Assembly (NCBI GenBank): GCA_010015585.1
Contig: ML975176.1
Strand: one strand, 5' to 3'
From: Eremomyces bilateralis CBS 781.70
Lineage: Eukaryota
Length of the DNA: 64,000 nt
Numbering within the stretch: the first letter of the stretch is position 1; the number at the start of each line of letters is the position of its first letter. The notes beneath the pieces are model-generated. The model was given only the letters and a program-made list of their open reading frames with translations, was not told the DNA's origin and searched no databases. Shown piece after piece: positions 14,080 to 25,019 of the stretch. The position numbers and the translations under genes are program-made.

Positions 14080-14949
14080 ATGCAGTTAAATTCGGCTTTG
14101 GTACCCCCGCCGCGGGCGCTTCTGTTCGACGTCTTTGGAACATGCGTCAATTGGCGCAAGTCCGTCACAGAATCCTTAGTCACAGAATGCAATCGAGCAC
14201 TGGAGAATCCATCCAAATTAATTCCCCCGGTTGCACGTTCGGGCGCAGGCAAGAAGGACTGGGCTGATTTTGCCCAGCGCTGGCGGAACACATATATCAC
14301 GTTCGTAGCATCCATCGCGAAAGATCCGACGATACCATGGAAGACCATCGACGAACATCATCATGATTCTTTGAAGGAGCTATTGGACGAAGCCGGACTC
14401 GTTGATTTGTGGACGCCCGAGGAGGTCCGGGACCTCTCCCTCGTCTGGCATCGGCTGGAGCCGTGGAACGACTCGGCGGATGGCATCGGGGAATTAAGCA
14501 AGGTCGCCTCGACCTGCACCCTGAGCAATGGGAACCTGAGCCTACTCCGTGACCTGAAGGCGTTTGGCGACTTGCCGTTCACGCACCTCTTCAGCGCAGA
14601 ACAGTTCAATTCGTATAAACCGTCTCCGCGCGTGTACCTTGGGGCGGTCGGCAAGCTCGGATTGGAGCCGCGGGATTGCGCTATGGTTGCAGCGCATCTG
14701 GGCGACTTGAAGGCTGCAAAGGCGTGCGGACTTCGGGCCATCTATGTTGAGCGGCCGGGTGAGGAGGGTTGGAATCAGGAGATGATTGCTCAGGCAAAGC
14801 AGGATGGCTGGGTTGACCTTTGGGTTCCCTTGGTGGAGAAAGGGGGCGATGGAAAGGACGTCTCCCTTGACGGATTCCTAACTGTAGCTACAAGGCTTGG
14901 TATAGAGATCGAGAAGAAGGGGAAAGATGGTGCGAATGCGTCGTTGTGA
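14080..14949 (+). CDS. HAD-superfamily hydrolase, haloacid dehalogenase type II-like
   Basis: LLFDVFGTCVNWR, WHRLEPWNDS, LSNGN, YKPSPRVY, MVAAHLGDLKAAKACGL motifs; intronless. The start is probably ATG 14080 rather than the ORF-track start at 13891. Confidence 0.9.
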   Translation: MQLNSALVPPPRALLFDVFGTCVNWRKSVTESLVTECNRALENPSKLIPPVARSGAGKKDWADFAQRWRNTYITFVASIAKDPTIPWKTIDEHHHDSLKELLDEAGLVDLWTPEEVRDLSLVWHRLEPWNDSADGIGELSKVASTCTLSNGNLSLLRDLKAFGDLPFTHLFSAEQFNSYKPSPRVYLGAVGKLGLEPRDCAMVAAHLGDLKAAKACGLRAIYVERPGEEGWNQEMIAQAKQDGWVDLWVPLVEKGGDGKDVSLDGFLTVATRLGIEIEKKGKDGANASL

Positions 14950-15849
14950 TACTCCTGAATAGTCGCTCAGCCATTTGAAATCAGACATCTTGCCATATGC
15001 CTTCAATTACTCCATCCTAAATCACTATTTCTGGCTATGAGTTATTTATACATGCTACAGATGGTTGCCCAGGGCCTCTCGCGTGGCTATGGTGCGTTCT
15101 TGATCGGTTGTGGTAAACTATCAATGGTTGAACCGTGTTGATATCAAAGTCAACACTTGCAACATGTGGAGTATGCTTGGAATCCAGTTTAAATATTCAT
15201 AAAGTACCCAACTTGATATTGCTACTCAACCACCACACAGAAATACATCAAAACTGGCATGAATACAGGTCTCACCAACAAAATTCACATGGAACCATAA
15301 AAATCCCAAAATATATCGATCGTGGACTTAGTGCATGGATATGTTGATTCTGAGACTAGTCATGACGCCATTGGATGAGTGGAGGTCGACAGCACCATAT
15401 CCTCACGGATACAACAACATCGGCAAAGCACATTACTACGAGTAAACAAAGGAACGCTATGTTTCACGGAGCTATCCTTTCATCCTGATGTTTGTACCGA
15501 TATTCGGGGTAAAGTTGCAAGCTACGACTTCAAGGATCAAGCGACTATCACCGGTAGAGTACTAGTATCACTGGACGAGTGGATGTCCCTTGTGAATGAG
15601 CATCATCCTCGGGAAACGGATCCCGCCCGGGCGCCCGAACGATGAACTCGACCTACCCTAACATTTGGATATAGAATAAAGACAAGGAACGAGATCGAAT
15701 TATTGACAAATATCAGATTCCCATCTCGCATACACCAGAATACTGCGATCATTTCGCCATCTATTCCGCGGTCTCGACCTCGCGCGACCTCGCGTCCTTC
15801 ACGCAGTTGTACAGTAGGGACGCTCCTCGACTGACGTCGTCCCAGCACG

Positions 15850-18148
15850 ATGGCGCCTCATATACAAGATGTGACGTACGCATCCTCAATCTCCTCACCA
15901 GAGGAGTTTTGGATGCATCAAGCGTCCCAACTGCACTGGGACTCCCCTCCGACCCGAGCCCTCGAGAAATCCACCCGACAACTGCAAGATGGCACCACGC
16001 ACCAGTCCTGGTCTTGGTTTCCAGACGGCGATATCAATACCTGTTACAATTGCGTGGATAGGCATGTGCAGAATGGCAATGGTGACACAACGGCGGTGAT
16101 TTGGGATAGCCCGGTCAGCGGGAATAAGCAGCGATTCACCTATCGGGAGGTTCTCCATGAGGTCGAGACTTTGGCCGGCGTGCTACGCGAAGAGGGGTTG
16201 AAGAAGGGAGATGTTGTGTTGATATACAGTATGAAATCGAGAACAACTGAAGAGGCCCGGAACTGATGAGATAATGTAGTGCCGATGATCCCCGCCGCCC
16301 TCTTCGCAATGCTCGCCACCGCTCGTCTCGGAGCGATCCACGCGGTCGTGTTTGGAGGATTCTCATCGCCAGCGCTCGCCCAGCGGATCGACTCATCTCG
16401 ACCGAAAGTGGTCATGACCGCGTCTTGCGGCATCGAAGGGACGAAAGCACCCTTGGCGTACCGGCCGCTCGTCAACGCAGCGATACAGAAAGCTACACAC
16501 AAGCCATGGCGAACGATCATCTGGCAGCGTGACCAACTACGATGGGACCCGCTCGCAAGGGAATATGGGGAGCGGAATTGGAATAGGCTGGTCAAGAGCG
16601 CACGCAACCGAGGCCTCAAGGCCGGTTGTGTACCGGTCAAGAGCACGGATGGGCTGTATATCATATATACGAGCGGCAAGTACCAATTACATCAATCCAG
16701 AAAGAGAGGCGAACTGATAGTTGGAACCAGGTACAACCGGGCTTCCTAAAGGCGTACTCCGCGAGAATGGCGGTCACGCAGTTGGTCTCCACCTTTCGAT
16801 CAAATATCTGTTTGGTATCCATGGACCAGGAGATGTCATGTTCTGTGCGTCCGACGTCGGCTGTAAGTTGCATATGAAATGAATACGTGAAGATATATAC
16901 TCATTGCATGCTAGGGGTGGTCGGTCATTCGTTCATTCTATATGCACCGCTTCTCGTCGGAGCAACCACCGTTTTGTTCGAAGGCAAACCAGTGGGGACG
17001 CCAGATGCGGGAACGTTTTGGCGTATCATAGAAGAATACCAAGTGAACGCCCTCTTTACGGCCCCGACTGCGCTGCGGGCGATCAGACGAGATGATGGCG
17101 ATAATGAGTTCGTCGAGAGCATCGGTCGCCGTGGAGGGCTGAAGAGCCTCCGGGCGGTGTTTCTGGCTGGTGAAAGGAGCGAGCCGAGCATCGTATCGAT
17201 GTACAAGCATCTTCTCGAAAAGCATGCCGCTCCCGGCGCGACGGTCATTGACAATTGGTGGTCATCGGAATCGGGATCTCCAATCACTGGCATCGCGCTG
17301 TCGCCAGCGGCGGGAGTAGACTACACGTCCACCGTCCGCCATAAGCCGCTTCCAATCAAGCCTGGCTCGGCTGGGAAGCCGATGCCTGGTTTTGACGTCC
17401 GAGTGGTGAACGACGATGGCAAGGAGGTCCCGCGAGGGACTATGGGAAACATCGTTCTCGGTGTCCCGCTGGCACCAACTGGATTTACGACGCTATGGGA
17501 CGACGAAGATAGGTTTTACAGAGGTTACCTGAAGCGATTTTCAGGCAAGTGGATTGATACAGGAGATGCCGGCATGGTTGACGAGGATGGATACGTCCAT
17601 GTGATGTCGCGGTCAGATGATATTATCAACGTTGCAGCGCACCGCTTCAGCACGGGTAAGTGCAGAACTTCTATTTTCGCTCGCTGGTTCTAATAACCAA
17701 AGGATCGATCGAACAAGCGATCACATCTCACCCAGAGATCGCGGAAGCCTGCGTTGTGGGCGTCCCCGATGCGCTGAAGGGTCACCTCCCCTTTGGATTC
17801 ATTACGCTCAAGACACACAACCATCCCCACGACGCCGTACCCGATGAGAACTTCTTCAAAGAAGTTCAGAATGGTATCCGCGAGCAAATTGGACCCATCG
17901 CCTGCCTCGGAGGTATGATCCAAGGCAAGGGAATGATCCCCAAAACCCGGAGCGGAAAAACATTGCGACGGGTCCTGCGTGAGCTGGTTGAGAACGCCGT
18001 CCACGGCGATTTTGACAAGGAAGTGCAAGTCCCTTCCACTGTCGAAGACTTGGAGGTGGTCAATGTGGCGCGTGAGAAGGTTCGAGAATACTTCCAGGCG
18101 AAAGGGAAGGAGATTCACAAAGCCACCGAGGTTCGAGCGAAGCTTTGA
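15850..18148 (+). CDS. Short-chain acyl-CoA synthetase (propionyl-CoA synthetase/ACSS3-like) with C-terminal PTS1
   Basis: Exons 15850-16228, 16280-16675, 16731-16862, 16915-17655, 17703-18148. NTCYNCVDRH, YTSGTTGLPKG (across a GC-AG intron), SDVGWVVGHS, DNWWSSESG, DTGDAG, PKTRSGK; ends in -RAKL. Confidence 0.92.
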
Positions 18149-21100
18149 TGGGTCGGGGTCTCTCGGAGAACTAGACCCCGGAGCCACCCATATCCTGGGC
18201 GGTTCTGTTTGATTTTCTCGATGTCTCTGAACGTTCGGCCGGCATTCAATTCCCTCGAGGCTTAGACCTGGGGTACGGGACGATCACCTTCAGATGCTTG
18301 CCATGCGAACGGAACAACAGCTTTGCATTGATAACCTTCCCCGCAGTGATTCATGTACGCAAAAGGAGAACTGCCATCATCATATAAGAGGGATATGAAC
18401 AGGTCCCAATGCTATCTATGCACGCTGCCTCGTGGCCCGTCTTGCCGGGTTTTCAATGTGCCTTGCGAGTTGCGACGGCAACAATTGGAGGGTTTGAGCA
18501 GACCTCGGTGCGTTCTTCATCCGCCGAATGGTTGAGAGATATTGAGATCCCGGAAATGATTTGTGGTTGATTTACAGAAAAGACGACTTTCCTCTCTTGT
18601 ATAAGGGCAACAGATCTCGGCCTAGATAGTCTTAGGGTTGTCCCGAATCGAATCAGATATGCACCACGATCCTTCCATGGCTTGGTTCACGGTGGTCGAT
18701 CCTTGCAAGCAATCTAGAGGCCAACCACTTCCCAACCGACGAGGCAATTGCCGCGGAATTTGTTCGAAAATTCTCGTCTCTGGCCGTTCTCATTTGCTGG
18801 GACGCCGCAATTTCCGATGCGTTGGCGTCCAGTCAGTTTGTGTCCTTTTAGGATGTGTTCAAATTCGAAAATAAGCCGGAACGCTGTTCCTGCACGCTGC
18901 ATCAAGCCTGCAGGCCTGCATATGCGGTGCGTTACTGCAGCCTGGTGGAGCAGTGGAGGAAGCATTAGATCACTGCGATGTCAGATGGCCAAGGATCATC
19001 TTTACCTGCGGCGTACTACGTTGTGGTTCTCACGTGCTTGGAGATTCCTGCATGTGTCCAGAGTGTTGAGACAGGATCTGAAGCGGGAGGTTCGGGGCGG
19101 CTCCGGTCTACATATCTGGTTGATGGTTGATTTGGTTCATGTTTTGTTCATGGCACTTCTAGTCGAGCGTTGATCTTTCGGACCTCAGAATCGAAGGCTG
19201 CAAGATCCCGGGATGACCTGGCACCTCACCGTCGACAGGTGGGTAGAGGGAGCCGTTTCGAAGCTGTGAAAGAAACGATCTGCCATCCGGTACGCCGGAC
19301 TCTAGGAGGCCAGTACCCGGAGTCGCAAGCTGTCCGAGATGAGAACGGCAAACCTTGATCCGGTCTATTCATTCGCTCTGGAAATTGGGAGTCCTAAACC
19401 GTATGCAAATATTTCTCAAGAAGGAAAGGCCTTTGATATTCCCGAACGGGATGGGAGTGATTCAGCTATTGATTGGAGAAAACCACTTCTCCATATTGGC
19501 GATTTTGGCGGAATACATCTCCGGAGCTGCTTCGTAAGTTGGGATTGGGTATGTTTAATGGTGCTGACCATTATGCTCGATCCACCGCCCCGAGCAATGG
19601 ATCCGGATGCTCTTGGGATCGGAAATGCGATTGGAGCAACGGTGGACGAGGCTTTACACGTTTCTCCCATCCCTGGACGTAGGTGAAATCGCTCCAAAAC
19701 CATTAAACCACCGAGCCACTGGCGTGAAGGGTAAATCCTTCGACCCAGAGTACTGGAACCGGTCACGGCACGCGACGGACCTTTCCCGAAAACTCTGGCA
19801 TCGCGATTCGTTGGGGTGAAGCCATGTCGATGAAGGGGTGAAGAGTGAAGAGGCGTGTTTTTAGTGACGTCCACAACCTAAAAAACAGTTAGGAATTACC
19901 AAAGGAATGGGTTTGGGTGGCGAGGGTATTGAGAGTTTTCTTTCACCTGTTGCTGAATATCATTCCCACTAGGCCAGAAACTGGGGAGCCGTAAGCCGAG
20001 CACTGTTCGAGCTTACGTAGTAGAATAGATTACTCAACGGAGGTCGCTACTGGGAAGTGGGAACATCTGGCATCCCCAGTCCTATCAAGCCCTGATCTCC
20101 GTTGTTTCGGCAACGTGAGTTCAGAGTTGAGAGAAGGTTGAAAGTTTGAAACGTACCCCGAGTTTGTTCGTTTTGTGATGTGATAGACGCTGATGGTACA
20201 TATGGCAAAGCCTTAACATGCACCGTGCAGAGACGCTTGGGACATCTAGTGTACTGAGTGTGCACACCGGGGTACGGACCGTACCTGACGGTGACAGCTG
20301 TTGTTAGTGTGCCCAGTCCGTTCAGGTGTTCCATTCTTCCAGAGCCGAATGTCCCAGTGTTTCGAGGTCGAATTCTTCCACCGCACGGAATTCTGGGACC
20401 TGTTGTGATTTACGAACTACGATTTACGACTAGCGACGCACATCTGTTGGTCGTGGCGATCTCAACGCTTTCGAGCATTCAGAGTGAGGAGACGGAAGAG
20501 CGTGCCGCTTGCGTTTGCCTTGACGACTCCCCATGTCCCACCATTTTGTTTTGACTTTTGAAATTTCCTTTGGACGGGGAGAAGTGCTCTACCAATTCCT
20601 GTACACATCTCCTCCAGAACTCAAGATGGCTGAGGGCGAGTCCATTCCTCATCCATACTCCATACCGACAGGTCCGCCATAGGAATTGGGATTTGCCATT
20701 TGGGAACCGGAACAGGTTACCTGATAACTTGATTCAAGGCATCGACGCACGGTGCGTGATCGACAGACAAGACAAGCGGTCCACACTCCACATGTCAGCC
20801 TGTGATCCTATTGATGTTGGCCTTTGGGATTTGGGAGGTGAGAACTTAGAATTTAGGTGTTCAAGAAATGATATTGGGACGTTGAACGGAGTCGGGACCC
20901 TCGGAGCTCCCCAAGCATATTTTGTAGTATCAAGGATGTGTTAGGCAGGTCTTCGGGTTCTGGAAGACGGGATGAATGGATGCCAAAAGGAAAAAAATTC
21001 GACAATTCATGCCGAAATGGCGAATATCCAATGGAAGCTTGCTCACCAAATCCCCCGAAACCGGCTGCCTGGACTCTGGGCTTGGATGGAGCCGATGCTC

Positions 21101-21155
21101 CGGTAGTGCGATGCATGTACTCTTTGTGCCTGGTCCCACACTAATTCTGGAACTT

Positions 21156-21195
21156 GAACGACTGAGAACTGAACGACTGAGAGCTGATCGACTGA
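21156..21195. repeat. Short tandem repeat, ~15-bp unit (GAACGACTGAGAACT), ~2.7 copies
   Basis: gaacgactgagaact gaacgactgagagct gatcgactga read directly. Confidence 0.7.
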
Positions 21196-22807
21196 TAGAA
21201 GAGCGTTTGCAGAAGGTAGCCTGAGGAGTGAGCAGCCACTGACTGGAGAGGGACTGTGATGATTCTCCAAGTCTTTTTTCGGTTCTGATTGTATCATTGC
21301 CGACCCTGGAATATCTGTCCGGGGGACTGGTCTGATCAATTCACAATTGACATAGTGAAGAGGGTGGTTACAGGAATTTTCCTCGGTCCAATTCGAAACA
21401 ATATGGCCGAAAGTCAACGAAGTGGTGAAGCTATGGAGATAGCTGGAAGCGGATTAGCAAGTTCGGCTGAGCTTTCGCTTGAAGAACCAGCCTGAACTCG
21501 CCCTGAAGGCTTAGGAAAGCTAGGACTCGAGTCGTAGGCACCCGGGGACCGGGGAGGGCGGGAGCCTGAGATGGGCACAGAGGTTATTAATTCTAGGTCA
21601 GCGAAACCCCCCAGTTCGGGCAGTTAGGCTCTCAAGTTTGAAGCTCAACAGTCAACTCAACAGTCTAGAATCTGCGTCTAGTCAAGTGCCGGAATTAGCT
21701 CTCCACCATCCCATCCGTAGTGAGGAATAGAAAGTGAATCCACACCCGAATCGCCGGACTGGGTTGAGGCGGTTTAGGGGTTTAGCACGCACGCTTGGAA
21801 GGCGTTTCGCAATTTCGCCTGGGGAGGAAGGGAGGGGGTAAAGCGAGAGACAGGTAAAAATGAGAGCCGAATATAGAGAGCGAGACAAGAAAGTTAATCA
21901 ATAAAGTTAATAAATAGTAAGGTAACACTTGTAACTTGTAAACGAATAGGAAGAATAATATAGGAAGAATACACAGAGAGAGCTCTTCCTCCTCCTCCAC
22001 TTCGTCTTCGACTGTTTCTATCACAAGCTTCGTCTCTTTGGGCTCCCAAGTTCCAACCAACCGTCGTCCCAACTCCCACCTGTTTTAGCTCTCACTTTCG
22101 GGTGATCCGAGATCTTAATACATATCATTGCAATATTTGCTCAGGTCCATACCTCCACTCCATGTACTTTGTACGCATTTACCTACGTATCAATGTATCA
22201 TGGTTTGATGTGATATGGTCAAGAACAACGCCTCTTTTCTTCCACAAATTTTAGGCTTTGCAGTGCACCAATGCCCGCGGTGTTTGGTTGACCCCTTCTC
22301 GGGCTTCTTCTCCACAGGCACTCCCTCGCCTATTCTAGTAGTGTTCTGGTAGTGTTCTGGTAGTGTATTCTTGCACTCATCGGTACCATCCGCCCCTCGA
22401 CAAATCCCCCGACTCTTGGACAGGCTCCAAATCCAGTCCCCTTCTCACTTCTCACTCTCCTCCTCTCTGGCCCCTCTCCCTATCTCCAATTCCTAGGACA
22501 CTCGTATCAGGCATTTTCTTTTTCAGATCCGCCGTTTCTGTGTTTCCGGTTCCCACACCATACCCCCACACGAGACGACGCCCCTTCAACTATCCACCTC
22601 GGACCATAAACACGGTCATTCCCTTTCCATTTCCACTGGCTACTGCAGCAGACGAAGCAGAGCTGAAAGAAAGAGTGAAAGATAAAGACCCATTTGATAC
22701 CTCAAACAGCCTCCACAGGAGCACACGTGCACCCCACGTGCCTGGAACTCTCGCTTTACACCTTGGATCTCCCACCTCTACTTTGCCCGAATCGCTCGAG
22801 TACTAAT

Positions 22808-22838
22808 TACGAGTCTACGACTACGAGTCTACGACTAC
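22808..22838. repeat. Tandem duplication of a 14-bp unit (TACGAGTCTACGAC)
   Basis: tacgagtctacgac tacgagtctacgac tac read directly. Confidence 0.75.
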
Positions 22839-24247
22839 CAGTACGGTGCAGATCGACCCCTCGCTGTCCCTTGCGGTGTTCCTTACGGTGCCCACAACAT
22901 CATCCATTCGTACTTTATTGGTTTATTTGGTACTGCCTTGGATTTGGGGAAGTTCCGGTAATCCATACCGTCACGACTCAAGACAATACTTGTTGCTGTC
23001 TTAAATTTGGTGGTGGGGATCTGCGGCACACCAGTCCCCGTCGAGCCCCAATTCTCCAGCTCTCGGTACCTCGCTGCTCTCCTTCGACCTTCCCTCTCCC
23101 TCGTGCCTCCACTGTCCACAACACTGCAGACCATCATCTGCTGTACCGTTCGTTCAAGTGTTTAAGCACTCCTCTTCTACGCCTCTCGATCTATTGCCTC
23201 TATATCACGGTTCACTTCTTGGTCGTTTGATCGTTGTCACTCTCGCTCATCGTCGTCCGCAACCCCTCTCCTCGTCGTTTGGCACAACAGTGTGGGGTTG
23301 ATTAAAGGACGGAAGAAAGAAAGAAAGAAGTTTATGTGGTAGCAGGCCACACACTCCCGTTGTTCCCGTTCGGTATCACAGGAATTCCATTTTGATACAC
23401 GGCTGCCTCCCTTTTACGAATCGTCGTTGCTGCCTCAAAGCGACATCTCACATCGCCAGGCCTTTGCATCAACGGCTGCGCCTTCGGACCGCTCCAAAAC
23501 AATCCCCGTCCGCACCCACATCCAACGCATCCCCCTCCCCCCCCGACCACAACCTTACAAATCCTGCGACCTTCCGAAGCGGGATTATCGATACCTGTGT
23601 ACCGCACGTTGCTTTGAAGGAAGCATAGGGAAAATCTCCTAAAAAGCGAGGCTTTGTATCAACCGCTGTCGTGTCTCGCGAGCTGTAGAGCAGTTCGAAA
23701 TCGTCGACGCACCTTCTAGACCCAACGACAGCAAACGTGACAGGGCTGACGTCCGTCCCGAGCGCTTCCTCCAGGCCTACGTACATTGGCCAACGGCTTT
23801 CAAACCAGTCGCGACGGGGTTTGAATTGCACCGGGCGGCAAAACCCTCCCTTCGCTCCCATTTCCGAAAGTTTGCACGAACATCATTTGGGCGCCCGAGA
23901 AAGCAAATCATTTTCTACCCTGCACTTCTCGACTATTCACAGAAACGTGGTCATCCGCTTCGAACCTCCGACCTACGATCTCGAGACGAGGCGAACGGGA
24001 AGTTTGCTTAAGCGCCTGGCATTCTCTGGATAAGCCCGGTTTTACGGTTCTTAAAGCTGAGCCGTCTGTTCACAGACTCTGGATTGACTGTAGGTTACAT
24101 TAGTATTGCTCGGGATCTCCTGGGCAACTCGTTGGATCGTCCATAGCTGCTTGATTTAAGCGCCTGCTTATTTAGGGTGCTGATCAGCGGGATCTCTGGT
24201 TCACAAACCTACTTCACTTAGGCCGTACGAGAGATCAGTACTTCATT

Positions 24248-25019
24248 ATGGCGGCGAAGATGACCCTATACAAGTTGGTGGTGCTGGGGGATGGTGGGGT
24301 GGGCAAGACGGCTCTGACTATTCAAGTGAGTACACAATGTCGAGACTCGAGGCCTACCTACAGTACTAACGCCGATACAGTTATGTTTAAATCACTTTGT
24401 CGAAACATACGACCCGACGATCGAAGACTCATACCGGAAGCAAGTGCAGATCGATGGTCAATCATGCATGCTGGAGGTGCTGGACACGGCCGGACAAGAA
24501 GAATACACCGCTCTGCGAGACCAGTGGATTCGTGATGGGGAGGGGTTCGTGCTGGTGTACAGCATTTCATCACGCGCATCCTTCCGCAAGATCGAGGCCT
24601 TCCACCGTCAAATCCAGAGAGTGAAAGAGTCATCCCAATCCGGCTCCCCGACCTACCCCAACTCCCCGCTTAGCATGTCCTCCACCGGCTCAGGATCCTA
24701 TGGCCCTGCACCCGTGATGTTGGTGGGCAACAAATCCGACCGAGTCACGGAGCGCGAGGTCAGCACGCAGGAAGGGATCGCCATGGCCAAAGAGCTCGGC
24801 TGTGAATTCGTCGAAGCGTCCGCGAAGAATTGCATCAACGTAGAGAAGGCCTTCTACGACGTGGTCCGGTTGCTACGAAAGCAGAAACAGCAGGCCGTCC
24901 GGTCGTCGGGAGGAAGAGGAGGTATGACGTCGGGCAACGCATATCACTCGAGACCCATGAAGGAGTATGGCGAGAAGCCACGAGAAAAGAAGTCAAGAAC
25001 GAAATGCGCCATTCTATGA
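24248..25019 (+). CDS. rasB: Ras small GTPase, fungal Ras2/RasB clade
   Basis: Exons 24248-24325 and 24381-25019. YKLVVLGDGGVGKT, YDPTIEDSY, DTAGQEEY, NKSD, EASAK; the RasB-type Ser-rich insert; CaaX box CAIL. Confidence 0.96.

Noticed and set aside
14938..14949. HAD C-terminal -ASL as a PTS1
   Set aside because: Lacks the basic residue at -2; too weak to call.
21256..21335. Box C (GTGATGA) and box D (CTGA) snoRNA-like layout
   Set aside because: No terminal stem and no recognisable rRNA-complementary guide.
21771..21785. GGTTTAGGGGTTTAG as a telomerase template or telomeric seed
   Set aside because: Does not match TTAGGG periodicity, and no supporting pseudoknot or P6.1 on the same strand.
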